Positions 1 through 13,089 are shown, numbered from the stretch's first letter. The stretch: DNA of 43,656 bases from Negaprion brevirostris (GCA_030324005.1 JARDVH010000137.1:32729536-32773191); one strand, 5' to 3'. A program made the numbers and translations. Notes: a model not told the origin generated them from the letters alone.

Positions 1-436
1 GGGAAACTGAAGTGGAGCGGGGAGTTGGGGGATCGATGTGGAGGGGGGAGAGATGGTGGAGGGAGATGTGGGGGGTGTGAGTGGTGGGAGAAGGGGTGTT
101 TTGAATGGCGAGGGAGGAGGTAGTGGAGAGTGGGATTATGATGTTTGGGGTTTTCTGCTGTTCGTTTGTGAGGGTCATGGGCAGGTGTTTGGGGCATCGT
201 GGGGAGAATGGTGAGTGTTGTGAGTGGGGTTTTTGGGTGGTGGGTTTGGGCTGGAGTTTGTGGCAGCTGGGGAGTCCTCAGCAAGACTGAGAGGGTCATG
301 GATGGAGAGGAGTTCACCGTTGGTTGGAGAGGTTGTGTCATGTGTGGGTGGAAAGCGGGGGGAGGGGAAAGTACTGAGGGAATGGGAAGAGGGGAAAGGT
401 AGATGGGATAGTGTGGAAGTAGGGAGGGAGAGGGTG
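1..436 (+). repeat. G/purine-rich low-complexity tract
   Basis: Strong G bias with many GGG/GGA runs; overlapping ORFs are compositional artefacts. Confidence 0.75.
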
Positions 437-449
437 ATCAATGGTGCTC

Positions 450-2440
450 TACCAAGCTAACGCTCAAGGCAGAGATTCATAACAGCTGATAGAACATTCA
501 TTAAATTAATTATAAATCTCAAATTATAAATTAGTCTCAGTATTGGTGATGATGAAACTATTTTGTTGTTTGATGTTAAAATCTGTCTCGTTCATGATAA
601 TGCTCTTTACAGAATTAAATCTGTTGTTCTTGCCTGATCAGGACTAGATGTAAGTCCAGGCCCCAGCAATGTAGTTGACTCTTAAATGCTCTCTGAGATG
701 GCCTAGCAATCCAGTCAATCTTACCAAATTGCTACAGAAACGTCTGAAAGGAATAAAACTGAATAGGCCGTCAGCATCAACCTTAGGACCAGATATGACA
801 ACAGCACACGCAGCCCTGTCAAGCTGAAGACTTGTGTTCCAGCACTATTTGCATCCCTAGCCAACGTATTCGAGTACAGCCACAACACTGGCATCTGCCT
901 GACAATGTGGAACAATGCGCAATGTTGTCTCTTGGCAAAAAGCAAAACAACGCAACCAATTATTTCAGTATACTCTAGATCATCAGTAAAGTGATTTGTC
1001 AACAGTGCTATCAACTGGCATTACCTCTGCCTGTACCCTGCTCACTGACAGTTTGTGCTCCACCAGGGCCATTCAGCTGCTTACCTCATTATACCCTTTT
1101 CCAAACATGTGCAAAAGAGCTAAACTCCAGAGGTGAAGTGATAGTAAGGTCCCTTGACTTCAAGGCAGCAGTGTTGCATCAAAGAGTCTTCGGAAAATTG
1201 AAGTCAACAGGAATCGGGCAAATTTCGACTGGTTGGAGTTATATGTATCACAAAGGAAGATGGTTGTGGTTGTTGAAGGCCAATCATTGAAGGAGTGTCC
1301 TAGGCCCAACCGTCTTCAGCTGTTTCATCATGTCGAAAGTGGGGATGTTTGCTGATGATTCTACAATGTCCAACACCATTTGCAACTCCTCAGATATTTA
1401 AGTAGTCCGTGTCTGTATGCAGAAAGATCTGGACAACATTCAGGCTTTGGCTGATAAGTGGCAAGTAACATTCATACCACAGAAGAGTCAGGCAATGACT
1501 ATGTCCAACAAGAGAGAATCTAACCATTGCCCCCTGACGTTTATTAGCATTATTATCACTGAATGCCCCACAATCAATACTTGAGGGGGGGAGTGGTGAG
1601 GGGTTAACTATTGAGTAGAAAGTGAGTTGGACTAGCCATATAAATATTTTTGCTGTAAGAGCCCCCAGAGGCTGCGAATTCTGTGGTGAATAACTCACCT
1701 GATCGCTAAAGCTTTATTATTACATAGAACATAGAACATTACAGCGCAGAACAGGCCCTTCGGCCCACGATGTTGCGCCGACCAGTTACAAAAANNNNNN
1801 NNNNNNNNNNNNNNNNNNNNNNNNNNNNNNNNNNNNNNNNNNNNNNNNNNNNNNNNNNNNNNNNNNNNNNNNNNNNNNNNNNNNNNNNNNNNNNAAAGTT
1901 AAAGTCCCCCATAACAATTACCCTATTACTTTCACTCCTAACCAGGATCGTCTCCGCAATCCTTTCCTCAAGACAAGTCTCAAGTATGATGGTATACTCT
2001 ACACTCTGCCTGAATGAGTGCAGCCCCAACAATGCTGAAAGAGCTTGACACTATCCAGAACAAAGTAGCTTGCTTGGCCAGAACCCTAGCCACCACTTTA
2101 AATGTTCACTCCCTCCATCGCCAATGCACAGTGACAGCAGTGTGTACAATCTACAAGATGCACAGCAACTCACCAAATCTCCTTGGACTGCACCTACTAA
2201 CCCCTCAACCTCTACCACCTAGAAGGCAAGATCACCTCCAAGCCACATGCCATCCTGACTTGGAACTATATTGCAGTTCCTTCACTGTCTCTGTTAAAAT
2301 GTTGGAACTCCTTTCCACTAGTATACCTACACTACACAAACTGCAGCAATTCATGAAGACAGCTGGACTTCTCAAGGGCAGTTAGGGATGGGCAATAAAT
2401 GCTGGTCTGGCCAGTCACCTACTGTGAAAGAATAAATAAT
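450..2440 (+). mobile_element. Internally deleted, decayed non-LTR retrotransposon (family X; CR1/L2 group), interrupted by a CR1 insertion
   Basis: 5' region shared with 26090 and 21854 copies; RT-like remnants (LDFKAA, FADDS, MSAAPTMLKELDTIQNK, SLHRQCTVTAVCTIYKMH); 3' tail gggatgggcaataaatgctgg. Confidence 0.8.
1722..1969 (-). mobile_element. CR1 LINE spanning a gap, nested in the family X element
   Basis: Reverse CR1-type tail (catagaa)n...aggcccttcggccc left of the gap; endonuclease motif VIVMGDFNF on the minus strand right of it. Confidence 0.78.
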
Positions 2441-2861
2441 AGCCCATTCCCACTCTATCCCTCTAACCATTCAATTTTACTCATCCATCCTGTCAATTGT
2501 TATGAAGAATGTGTTTGGTACATCTGTCAGTATCTGGCTAAGCTACTGATGCACTTTTAGCATTGTCCTTCTCAACAATATCCCCTGTGGTTCAGTATCT
2601 GTGTCCAGCCCACTGGAGTTTGGCTATGATTTGATATCCATGACCTGGACTCTGCACAGCTGTTCCTGCCATCAGTGTTGCTGTTAAGTATGAATACAAC
2701 TAACTTTGGAGCCACTGAATTGAGTATCTGCATAGGTGCATGGCTGTACATCCTGTGATGATGTGCTCCTTGGAAAGAATAAAGTCCCCTGAGTAATGTC
2801 CTTATTGATGTCCTGTGACATTTGCTGCATTTGTGAAGGCCCTGGGAGAGAAGAAAGTATT

Positions 2862-3115
2862 TCATAGCAATGTCACAATCTTAACAGTCATTATGAAGTG
2901 CTTCAAAAGGTTAGTCATGGCATGAATCAATTCCAACTCCCAGATTCCCTGGATCCACTACAGTTCGCTACCACTGCAATAGGTCCACAGCAGACGCCAT
3001 GTCCCTGGCCCTGCACTCAACCCTGGAACACCTAGATAACAAAGACACCTATATGAGACTCTTATTCATAGACTACAGCTCAGCCTTTAACACTATTATT
3101 CCGACGAAACTCATC
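2862..3115 (+). mobile_element. Rex1/Babar-like LINE RT fragment
   Basis: MKCF..LV, LDPLQF and [34 protein letters not shown] motifs. Confidence 0.85.
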
Positions 3116-3215
3116 NNNNNNNNNNNNNNNNNNNNNNNNNNNNNNNNNNNNNNNNNNNNNNNNNNNNNNNNNNNNNNNNNNNNNNNNNNNNNNNNNNNNN
3201 NNNNNNNNNNNNNNN

Positions 3216-4730
3216 CAGTCCTCTGGTACCCTCCCTGCCTCAAGTGATTCCTGAAAGATCACCACCAATGCCTCCACAATTTCTTCAGCTATCTCTTTTA
3301 GAAGCCTGGGATGTAGTCCATCCGGTGCATGTGATTTATCCACCTTCAGGCCTTTCAGTTTCCCCAGAACTTTCTCCTTAGTGATGGCCACTACACTCAC
3401 CTGAGCCCGCTTTCTCCCCTGGAGCTCTGGCATCCCACTGATGCAAAGCAACTATTCTGTTCCTCTGCTATTGCTTTGTTTCCTATTACTTCTCCAGCCT
3501 CATTTTCCAGTGGTCCAATGGCTATTTTTGCTTTTCTCTTACCTTTTAAAATTCTTTCTATCTTTTATATTAATAGCTAGCTTATATTCATATTTAATCT
3601 TCTACCCCCTTATTGCTTTTTTAGTTGTCCTCGGCCTGCTTTTAAAGGCTTCCCAATCCTCTGGCTTTCCACTAATCCTTGCCACTTTTCATGCTTTTTC
3701 TTTTGCTTTTATGCTGACCTTGACTTGCCTCATCAGCCGTGGATTCCTTGTCCTTCCCTTAGCATGTTTCTTCCTCTTTGAGATGAATTTCTGTTGTGTC
3801 TCCCGAATAACTCTCAAAAACTCCTGCCATTGCTGTTCCACTGTCTTCCCTGCTAGGCTCCCTTTCCATGTCTTTATAGTTACCTTTATTTAATTGCAAT
3901 ACCGTTACATCTGATTCCAGCTTCTCCCTCTCAAACCGCAGGGTAAATCCTATCATATTGTGGTCTCTGCTCCCTCAGGGTTCCTTCACCTTAAGTTTCC
4001 TAATCAAGTCTACCTCATTACACATCACCAAATCCAGAATAGTTGGCTCTGTCACAAGCTGCTGCAAAAAATTATCTCTTAGACATTCCACAAATTCCTT
4101 TTCTTGGGATCCACGACCTACCTGATTTTCCCGGTCCACCTGTATATTGAAGTCCCCCTGTGATCATTGTAATATTGCCTTTTCTATCCCCTGATTAATT
4201 TTCTGCCCCACATCTTGACAACTGCTTGGGGGCCTGTACACTACTCCCAAAAGCCCTGGTTATACGATTCGCCAGGGCTCTGGTCCCAGCACGATTCAGA
4301 TGAAGGCCACCCAATCAGAACAGGCCCCCTCTTCCCCAGTACTGGTGCCAATGTCCCATGAATTCAAATCCATTCCTCCCATACCAATCTTTGAGCCACA
4401 CATTTATCTCAAACCTTTTGGCCCTGTGCCAATTAGCTCATGGCTCAGGTAGCAATTCAGAGATTATTACCTTTTTGGTTCTGCTTTTTAATTTAGCTCC
4501 TGGCTGTTCATACTTTCTTAGCAGAACCTTTGTTCCTGTTCCACCTATAAATTGGTATGTGTGTGAACCACGACAACTGGATCTTTACCCTCTCACTTCA
4601 ACTTCCTCTGCAGCCAGAATGAGATATTCTGAACCCAAGCACCAGGCAGGCAGTACAACCTTCAGGATTCTTGATCCTGGTCACATGTCAATGCCCCTAA
4701 CTATACCATCCCCGATTACGACTACAATAT
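3216..4730 (-). mobile_element. CR1 LINE fragment (ORF1 end, endonuclease, pre-RT region)
   Basis: KVLGKLKGLKVDKSHAPDGLHPRLLKEIAEEIVEALVVIFQESLEAGRVPED; LNKGNY; multiple frameshifts. Confidence 0.88.
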
Positions 4731-4872
4731 GAAACTACATGTCTGTGTCTTAATAGCAGACTTGGTCCGTATGATCTGGATTCTGATCTCCTGAGGGAGT
4801 TAGCTGCCTCCCCCAGGAGATTCCGTTTTCACAATGTGTGGGGAGGAGGATGTGTTTGTGACGATTGTCATA

Positions 4873-5410
4873 ATCTTCTCAGAAGACTACGGACATTTAG
4901 CATGTCAGCTACGACTCTCACCCACTTTTACAGATGCACCATAGAAAGCATTCTTTCTGATTGTATCACAGCTTGGTATAGCTCCTACGCTGTCCAAGAC
5001 CACAAGAAACTACAACAGGTCATGAATGTGGCCCAATCTATAATGCAAACCAGCCTCCCATCCATTGATTCTGTTGACATTTTCCATGGCCTTGGGAAAG
5101 CAGCCAGCATAATTAAGGACCCATGCACCCCAGACATACTGTCTTCTACCTTCTTCCATTGAGACAAAGATACAAAAATCTGAAGTCACGTATCAACCGA
5201 CTTAAGAACAGCTACTTCCCTGCTGCTGTTAGACTTTTGAATGGTTCTATCTCACACTCAGTTAATCTTTCTCTACACCCTAGCTATGACTGTAACATTA
5301 CATTCTGCACTCTCTCCTTTCCTCCTCTATGAATGGTATGCTTTATATAGCATACAAGAAACAATACCTTTCACTGTATAATACATGACAATCATAAATC
5401 AAATCAAATA
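4873..5410 (+). mobile_element. Rex1/Babar-like LINE 3' end
   Basis: LRRLRTF.MS..TLTHFYRCTIESILSDCITAWY; RLKNSYFPAAVRLLN; (aaatc)n tail near 5395-5410. Confidence 0.85.
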
Positions 5411-5869
5411 GTCATAATATATTGTCTTCTCATAGATCAGTAAGTACTAAAAAAAGTTTGCAAATGTGTCAGAGAAATCTTGAATACAACTTATACTGGA
5501 AAAACTGCCCCGAAGATAGAGCAAGAATTCAGGTAGAGCTGGGGCTTTAAAAAGAAACCGACATGAGGACAGAGCAAGAGTTAATTAATATTTTATTGCA
5601 TTTACTTAACTTCCAATTCCATGCAGTAAATAAATCATTTGAGGCATGGCAGGGCTGCTCAGACCCATTGAGTGTATATCCTGTATCATGTGGGGACTCC
5701 AGGATATACCCATATCTTGGACAACTGCATGTACAGGAAGTGCCACCAAATGCAAAAACCTGAATGTCGTTTCTTGATACATGAGGAACAGCTGGTGTCA
5801 CTGAGGTGCATTCGTGAGGGTGAGAACTACATGGATAGCACGTGTCAATAGGTAGTCACCTTGCAGTTT

Positions 5870-7700
5870 AAGAAGATGCAGTCAGAGAGGGACTGCGTGG
5901 GTGTCAGACAGAGAATAAGCCAAGTCATGCAGCAATCTCCTGAGGAGTTTCCAGTTCTGAGTACTAATGGAGAGAGGGTTTCTCTGGAGAGAGCAGTGAG
6001 AGTCATGAACAGAGCACCATAGGTGGCTTTGCTTTGAAGGAAGGGAGAACAGACAGGGGAGTAATACTGGGAGGGAATTAAATAGTTAGGTAAACAGAAG
6101 TCACTTCTGTGGTTGCAGGCATGATTCCAGGGTGATATGGTGCAAGGGTTATGGATACTAATGAATAGCCACAGAGCATTGTTGAGGATGAGGGTGCATA
6201 GCATAGATCGTGATCCACATTGGTACCAATGATATAAATAGAAAAACGGATGGGGTCCTGCAGGCTGAGTTTAGAGAGTTAGGAAAGAGATTAGCAAGCA
6301 GGATCTTAAAGATAATAATCTCTGGTTTGCTCCCAAGGCCATGTGCTGGTTAGAATAGAAATAGTAAAATACATCCGTTTCATTTGTGGCTGGAGAGATG
6401 ATGCAGAAGGGCTTAAGATTTCTGGGCACTGGGGATGATTCAGGGGGAATATGGGATCTGTACAAGCTGGATGGTCTGTACCTGAACATGACTGGGACAA
6501 ATGTCCATGGTGGAAGATTTTCTAGTGTTGTTGGGGAGGGTTTAAACTAGATAAGCAGTGGAATGGAAAGCTGAGGGTAGTTTCAGGTAGGACAAATTCA
6601 GAACAGGGAGTAAGAGACAGAAAATTAGTGAATGTCTGCAAGGCAGAATAAGCAAAGGCTAAAACATGTACTACACACAAATTTGACAGTGCTATTTATA
6701 GGCAAGGAGCACAGCAGATAAAGTTGAAGAGTTGATGGTACAGATAGACACAGCAGCATGATATCATTGCTATAACGAAAAGCTGGCTTAAAGAGTAGCA
6801 AGATTGGCAGATCAACATCCCTTGATATAGGGTGTTAAGACTGGATAGAGAAGGGTCTAAAGGTGGGGCTGTGTCAGTCTTAGTTAAAAAATCTATTACA
6901 GCTCCGAGGAGAGATTATATATTAAATGAATCATCAAATTAGGCCATATGGGTTGAACTCAAATAATAAAGGGACAGCCACACTACTAGAAGTGTATTAG
7001 AGACCCTCCAAATGATGAGAGGGAGATAGAAAATTTATAGATGCATTTTTGAGTGCAAAAACAATACAGCAATAATACTTGGGGAAATCTCAGTGGTGCA
7101 CAAGACAATTAGGTATGGATGCAGAAGATCCAGGTAGGGTTCTTAATGAGTACTTTGTCTGTATCATCACAGAGGAAACGGATGATACAGATATTTTAGT
7201 TAATGAGGACGAGTGTGAAATATTAAGATACAATAAGCATAATGAAAGAGTAAGTACTGGAGGGACCAGTATCCTTGAAGGTGGATAAATCAATGGGGAC
7301 AAGCTGTTAAAGGAAGCCAGGGAGAAAACAACAGATGTTCTGAGGATATTTTTTCAATCCTCACTAGATACAAGTGAGGATTGAACGTCTGCAAATGTTG
7401 TACCGTTGTTTAAAAAGGGTGCAAAGGATAGGCAAAATAATTATAAACTGGTCAGTCTGACTTCAGTNNNNNNNNNNAAATCTGAGACACAGGATAAATT
7501 GTCACTTAGAAAACATATGTGAACTGGTCCATATTGGCAGAAAGGACAAAAAAGCAGAATATTATTTAATAGGAGACTGTAAACGTCTGGGGTGTAAAGA
7601 GATTTGAGTGTCCTCACTTGGGTGTCACAAAAAGATGGCAGGCAGGTATGACTAGCAATTAGGAAGGCAAATGGAATCATTGCAAGAGGATTGGAGAATG
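5870..7700 (+). mobile_element. Decayed, internally deleted CR1 LINE
   Basis: Remnants of ORF1 and ORF2 (VLNEYF, ANVVPLFKKG, NYKLVSLTS, aggaaggcaaatggaat). Confidence 0.75.
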
Positions 7701-8834
7701 TTGGAGCCTTTCTTCAGAGACTAAGTATTAAGCTAATCTTCGTATGAGGGATTTCCCTTCTTACCCATGGTTCAGCTAATACAAAGACTCAGAGAAACAG
7801 TATCTGGTTAAAGATGTTCCCATATTTTCCAGGGCTGGTTCAACGCAGTGAGGGAGAGCAGTCTTGATGGCAATCCAAAACTACTCTAAAAGTACATAAC
7901 TTTCAATCTTACAATTATACAATTTTCCAAAGTCAATTGTCCGCTCTCTCTGCACCAGCAGAATGTGAGCCAATCATTATTAGCACCATGGCCAATAAAA
8001 TTTTACTCTCTGACAGCATGGGACTATGGGAGTGTGGACTTTGAAAGCTTTTCTCAGTTTCCTAGCTACTGCTTATCGGGAAACTGTATTGCCCTATTCA
8101 TTAACTGCCTGGGATTGCTAAAACTATCTGGAGCACACATTGATAACAGCTGCATTTAGTAGCTGTATTGTTCCAAATAAGGTGGTTCTTTTTACTTGAT
8201 TACATCCCATCATGCCTTAGAGCATTGTGCCATTAACCAAGGTAGATTCTTTAAATACAGAATATTCAGAAATACATGTCTACATTCTAAACAGTGGTTA
8301 TGTATCTCTAAATGTCTAAAAAATGGTTATGTATCTCTATGCAAACAGGTACCTCTGTAAGATATATTCCAGGCATTTTATAACTTCTCTCTAAATGAAT
8401 CCACTCTGATTTATTAATCTTTTACCCGCAAGTTATTCTGAACACTTTTACACAGAACAAAGCTGTACAGAACATTGGTGAGATCACACCTAGAGTATCA
8501 TGTACAGTTATGGTCTCCTTACTTTTTTTTAAAGAAGTGTGTCTTCATGCAGTTTGTTTTCCTTTTGAGGATTAATGGAAGGATTCTTAGGTCGATTATC
8601 AGCACGTTCAACCACATCATGAACACTCTATCCATGGCTAACAAGTCCTAGCAAGATCTAGGAACTGGAACACTGGTTCGGGCCCAGAGATAGGGATGCC
8701 CCAGAAGACGTCGATCTCCTTCATTAACCGGATAAAGACTTGCACTGGGAGCAGTCGCTAGCGTAAGAAATAGTTAAGAAAGACCACCAACACCTCTACT
8801 TTCTCAGGAGGTTAAGGAAATTTGGCAAGTTTTA

Positions 8835-9025
8835 TCACTGAGGACAAGCTGAAGTCAAGCATCAACAGCAAATGGAGTGCGTGGCAACCCACAAACATCC
8901 TACCCACCGTCTGCCCCACCTGAGACAGACATCATTGGTCACGCATTGGCCTCCTCAGTCAACCCGAGAACTCATTTTTAATATGGAAGCCAGTCATCCC
9001 TGACCCCAGAGGACTGCCTAAGAAG
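8835..9025 (+). mobile_element. RTE-type LINE 3' end fragment
   Basis: Translates TVCPT*DR..WSRIGLLS, resembling the RTE C-terminal CxxC...SRIGL.SH motif; short tail ending ggactgcctaagaag. Confidence 0.6.
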
Positions 9026-9050
9026 CAGTGTCACTGTGACTGGGTCTCTT

Positions 9051-9099
9051 CAGTAAGAAGTTTCACAACACCAGGTTAAAGTCCAACAGGCTTATTTGG
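9051..9099 (+). mobile_element. Terminal arm of a repeat, probably Penelope-derived (family P2), truncated by a gap
   Basis: cagtaagaagtttcacaacaccaggttaaagtccaacagg...tatttgg; reverse-complement match at about 32600-32650. Confidence 0.6.
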
Positions 9100-9940
9100 N
9101 NNNNNNNNNNNNNNNNNNNNNNNNNNNNNNNNNNNNNNNNNNNNNNNNNNNNNNNNNNNNNNNNNNNNNNNNNNNNNNNNNNNNNNNNNNNNNNNNNNNN
9201 NNNNNNNNNNNNNNNNNNNNNNNNNNNNNNNNNNNNNNNNNNNNNNNNNNNNNNNNNNNNNNNNNNNNNNNNNNNNNNNNNNNNNNNNNNNNNNNNNNNN
9301 NNNNNNNNNNNNNNNNNNNNNNNNNNNNNNNNNNNNNNNNNNNNNNNNNNNNNNNNNNNNNNNNNNNNNNNNNNNNNNNNNNNNNNNNNNNNNNNNNNNN
9401 NNNNNNNNNNNNNNNNNNNNNNNNNNNNNNNNNNNNNNNNNNNNNNNNNNNNNNNNNNNNNNNNNNNNNNNNNNNNNNNNNNNNNNNNNNNNNNNNNNNN
9501 NNNNNNNNNNNNNNNNNNNNNNNNNNNNNNNNNNNNNNNNNNNNNNNNNNNNNNNNNNNNNNNNNNNNNNNNNNNNNNNNNNNNNNNNNNNNNNNNNNNN
9601 NNNNNNNNNNNNNNNNNNNNNNNNNNNNNNNNNNNNNNNNNNNNNNNNNNNNNNNNNNNNNNNNNNNNNNNNNNNNNNNNNNNNNNNNNNNNNNNNNNNN
9701 NNNNNNNNNNNNNNNNNNNNNNNNNNNNNNNNNNNNNNNNNNNNNNNNNNNNNNNNNNNNNNNNNNNNNNNNNNNNNNNNNNNNNNNNNNNNNNNNNNNN
9801 NNNNNNNNNNNNNNNNNNNNNNNNNNNNNNNNNNNNNNNNNNNNNNNNNNNNNNNNNNNNNNNNNNNNNNNNNNNNNNNNNNNNNNNNNNNNNNNNNNNN
9901 NNNNNNNNNNNNNNNNNNNNNNNNNNNNNNNNNNNNNNNN

Positions 9941-10211
9941 AATTAGCACTGCTGCCTCAGCGCCAGGACCTGAGTTCAATTCCTGACTTTACTCCCCATT
10001 TGTATGGAATCTGCATGTTTGCCCCATGTCTGTGTGGGTTTCCTCGGGTGTTCTGGTTTGCTGCGACAGTGTGAAAGATGTGTTGGTTTGGTCCATTGGC
10101 CATGCAATATTCTCTCTGTGTACTGGAACAGGTGCCAGAGTGGGGATTTTCACAGTAACTTCATTGCAATGTTAGTGTAAGCCTACTTGTGACACTAATA
10201 AATAAACTTTT
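9941..10211 (+). mobile_element. tRNA-derived V-domain (HE1-like) SINE, tail type B
   Basis: ttagcactgctgcctca head, B-box-like gagttcaattcc, V-domain tgtgtgggtttcctc, tail cacagtaacttcattgc...cactaataaataaacttt. Confidence 0.85.
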
Positions 10212-10242
10212 CCTTAACAGCAGCAAAGACAACAATAATATG

Positions 10243-10400
10243 ACAATGGCCAGATGATTTGTTCTTGGTGGTGCCGATTGAACAAATATTGGTCAGGATA
10301 CTGGGCAGAATTCCAGTGATGATCTCCCCAGTCATGCCCTGGGTTCTTTTACATCAGCTGGCATCTAATTTGAAAAACATTGACCCTGTTAATGCGTGAC
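10243..10400 (-). mobile_element. Deu-domain SINE (SacSINE1-like) fragment
   Basis: Resembles the recalled reverse strand of the DeuSINE body (aaatattggtcaggatactggg...gggttcttttacatc); diverged. Confidence 0.45.
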
Positions 10401-10482
10401 TTCTTTTAGAGGTAAATTAAAATATTTCTTCTTCAACTGAGGTGTTTTCAGTAAATCATTTGGTCATTTTTGTTGTTTCCAG

Positions 10483-10573
10483 AATATTCCAGGTGTGGAT
10501 ATTGGCGAGCCCATTGGATTTGAATGGGGCCCAACGCAAATGTTGCTCTTTCCAACACAGCATGACCGGACAA
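10483..10573 (+). CDS. NUP85: NUP85 coding exon 2 (NIPGVDIGEPIGFEWGPTQMLLFPTQHDRT)
   Basis: Acceptor ttgttgtttccAG; IPGV...F.WGP..ML resembles the Nup85 N-terminus; weak donor GTATTA; 91 nt, ends phase 1. Confidence 0.82.
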
Positions 10574-10811
10574 GTATTATGATTTTGATTATAAATAAAT
10601 GTTCTAAGTTATATATAATAATGAGAAATTGCTCTCTTCCTATGCTGAAACTAATAGTGTTTTGTCCCAATTGTTTTAACCTGACAGTTCTTGGACCTGG
10701 TTTCTAAAGTTAAAATGGGGATACTTTGCACACACACTCTCACACAAGTGATAGAATAAATAATGAGTAACTATTTCCAGTTGTAGGAGATTGAATTATC
10801 AGAGGACACCT

Positions 10812-11045
10812 TACCCAGCCTGTCTGCCCCTGTCCTATCCCTGTAACCCCCACACACTTACCATGGCTAATCCATCTAACATCTTGGGACACTATGGGGC
10901 AATATAGCATTGCCAATCCACCTAACCTGCACAGCTTTGGACTCTGGGAGGAAACCCACGCAGACACAGGGAGAATTCTACACAGACAGTCACCCAAGGT
11001 CAGAATTGAACCCGGATCCTGGCAGTGCTTGCCATTGTGCTATCC
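10812..11045 (-). mobile_element. V-domain (HE1-like) SINE
   Basis: ccaatccacctaacctgcac...ggaaacccacgcagacacaggg...cacagacagtcacccaagg...gaacccgg is the reverse of the V-SINE head and core. Confidence 0.85.
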
Positions 11046-11362
11046 AGCTAATTGAATGGCTGTACCAAAGAGCCAGAATGGGGCCAAATGTTTGCCTCCT
11101 GCAGTACATGATCCCCTTCATCTGTCCTGGCATAATTTACTTCAGTTCCATTTCCAGCTATCATTTTTATTGTCGCTTTATTTGAAATAAGAATCTCAAT
11201 GATCAAGAATGGAAACAAAAGTGCAGGAAGGTCCCAGGTCTGTCAGATTCTGTATAGTGAACAGATTGTAGAGAAACAGTCAGGTGTTAACTGGGGTTTG
11301 GGGAGAGCAGTCAGGGGCGGATAGGGACAGTTGGGCTTCTTGTAGGTTAGGATTCCTGTGGA

Positions 11363-11401
11363 GGGGGTAGGGGTAGGGGTGGGGTGGGGTGGGGGGAGGG
11401 G
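11363..11401 (+). repeat. (GGGGT/GGGGTA)n G-run repeat, G-quadruplex-competent
   Basis: Seven runs of at least 4 G separated by 1-2 nt. Confidence 0.8.
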
Positions 11402-12027
11402 AATCAGTACTGTACTCACCCACGAGTTAGAAGTAGCTTTAATTCTTCTAACCTTTTCTGGGTAACCATTGCTGTAGGATAGTCAGAACCATCAAAAATT
11501 TGCGACTTAAACCTGAGTTTCCTGTGGTTCCCATTGCAGGGCAATTGCCCAATGGAGATTTGAACTTCCTAGGCATTTGCCATGCCAATCTTATTTGGCA
11601 CACCTGGAGCAGCTCCTCAGCATTTGTTTTCAGAAGCACACACACATCTATTCCCCCAGTCCCAACCTGGGTATAAGCCTGAGTTTTGTAGTTATTGGCC
11701 ATAATTTTCTTTATTTTGGAAGTTATTTACAAGGGAGCATCACAGGACTTGATGGTCATTAGAATACTTTGCTGAAGAGGAGACCAGAGATAGGTACAGT
11801 TGGGAAAATTGTTTAAATACTTTAAGTAGACGAAGGTATGGGAAAGAGTGGGGAGAGTGACAGTAGTTTGGATTGATAAAGGGTAATGGGGTGTGTGTGA
11901 GAGTGTGGGGATTAGTATTGAATTGTTCTAGTTAAGTTGTGACAAACAGGATGGGCTGAATGGTCTATTTCAGTGCTGTAAACATTTTGGAAGCTAATTG
12001 CTCCCTGGATTGGATCAGCTGAAAGAT

Positions 12028-12158
12028 TGGCGCAAAATTTTCTAGCTGTTCATGCTGGTGGGATTTCCTGATCCCACTACAGTGAATGGAGTTTTGGTAA
12101 GTGCTAAATTTTCCATCCCTGCTTAGAGGGGTATGAACAACCAGATAATTCCGGCCCA
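12028..12158. mobile_element. Small non-autonomous DNA-transposon-like element (MITE) with imperfect ~26-bp terminal inverted repeats
   Basis: tggcgcaaaattttctagctgttcat versus reverse complement of atgaacaaccagataattccggccca (19/26 matches by eye). Confidence 0.5.
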
Positions 12159-12355
12159 GATTAGGGATTGAATTTTGGATTTTTCGGATTAGTGATGTGG
12201 TTCTGCTGTAGGTTGTGGTTTCAGCTGCTGGCTACTTGTGAGGGCCATTTCTAATTGTTCTGACTACTCATTTGTAGTTGATAACCATTGCTGTGTCTGG
12301 TATGCTTTCTGCAGACTGTACAGTTACGATTCTGCTCTTTGTGTTCAAACCCTAG

Positions 12356-12515
12356 AAAGTGCCCCTGACAGTTCCTCAAAGATGCCCATCATTCAAGCTG
12401 TCCGCAGCGATAAGGACGTTTACTCGCCAATTCTCTGTAAACTTTTCAACGAGTCTCATGGCATCTTCATGACAGTTCAAAAATCTGAGCAGCATTGCAC
12501 TAGCCAGAAAAGGGA
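12356..12515 (+). CDS. NUP85: NUP85 exon 3 (...DKDVYSPILCKLFNESHGIFMTVQK...)
   Basis: Acceptor ccctAG, donor GTGAGT, 160 nt, phase 1 to 2; DVYS.IL.KLFNESHGIF motif. Confidence 0.92.
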
Positions 12516-13089
12516 GTGAGTAGAAACCGGTTTCTATATTTTTTCCTCTGAGCCATGACGTGTTCAAATAGTTCACTCTTTGCAGCAAATTTGAATGAAT
12601 GAAGTGGGGAAAGCTTTGCCCCCTTTAATATAATGTGGAGTAGTAGGTGTAGGACACAGTTGCATTTATACTGCATTTTATCAAGTTTCTTGGATGCATC
12701 TCAGAACAATTCATGTTTAGCAAATTATTAAGAAGTGTGGTAACTGTACTGTGAAGATTAGTTGTGTTTTTAAGTTTGTTTTGTTATGTCTTACATTAAC
12801 TTACATTAACATTGCAGTGAAGTTACTGAGAGGATACCAAGTCCGTTGTTGCCCTCTAATATCTACCTTGACAGGCCATCTTATAGAAAACCATCATCTG
12901 AAGTAATTGCAAAAGAGGTGTGAAAGAAACACCATCAGGGCTTACAGCGGGATGGTGACTTTTGTCCTGCAGCTAGCATAAGGATTGAAACAATTAGAAA
13001 ATTGCAAACATAAGGGAGATACTGGAAATCTGAAATTAAAACAGAAGATACTGAAAGCAGTAATATTTTTGACCTATTCTGTTTTTATT

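Noticed and set aside
105..460. Overlapping Gly/Pro-rich ORFs (also 15578-16199)
   Set aside because: Artefacts of G-rich low-complexity sequence, with no recognisable domain or splice context.
3441..3893. 150-aa hydrophobic ORF resembling a membrane protein
   Set aside because: It is the antisense reading of a Lys/Glu-rich CR1 ORF2 segment.
9092..9986. Long ORFs of about 295 aa (also 31911-32603)
   Set aside because: They consist almost entirely of N gap characters.
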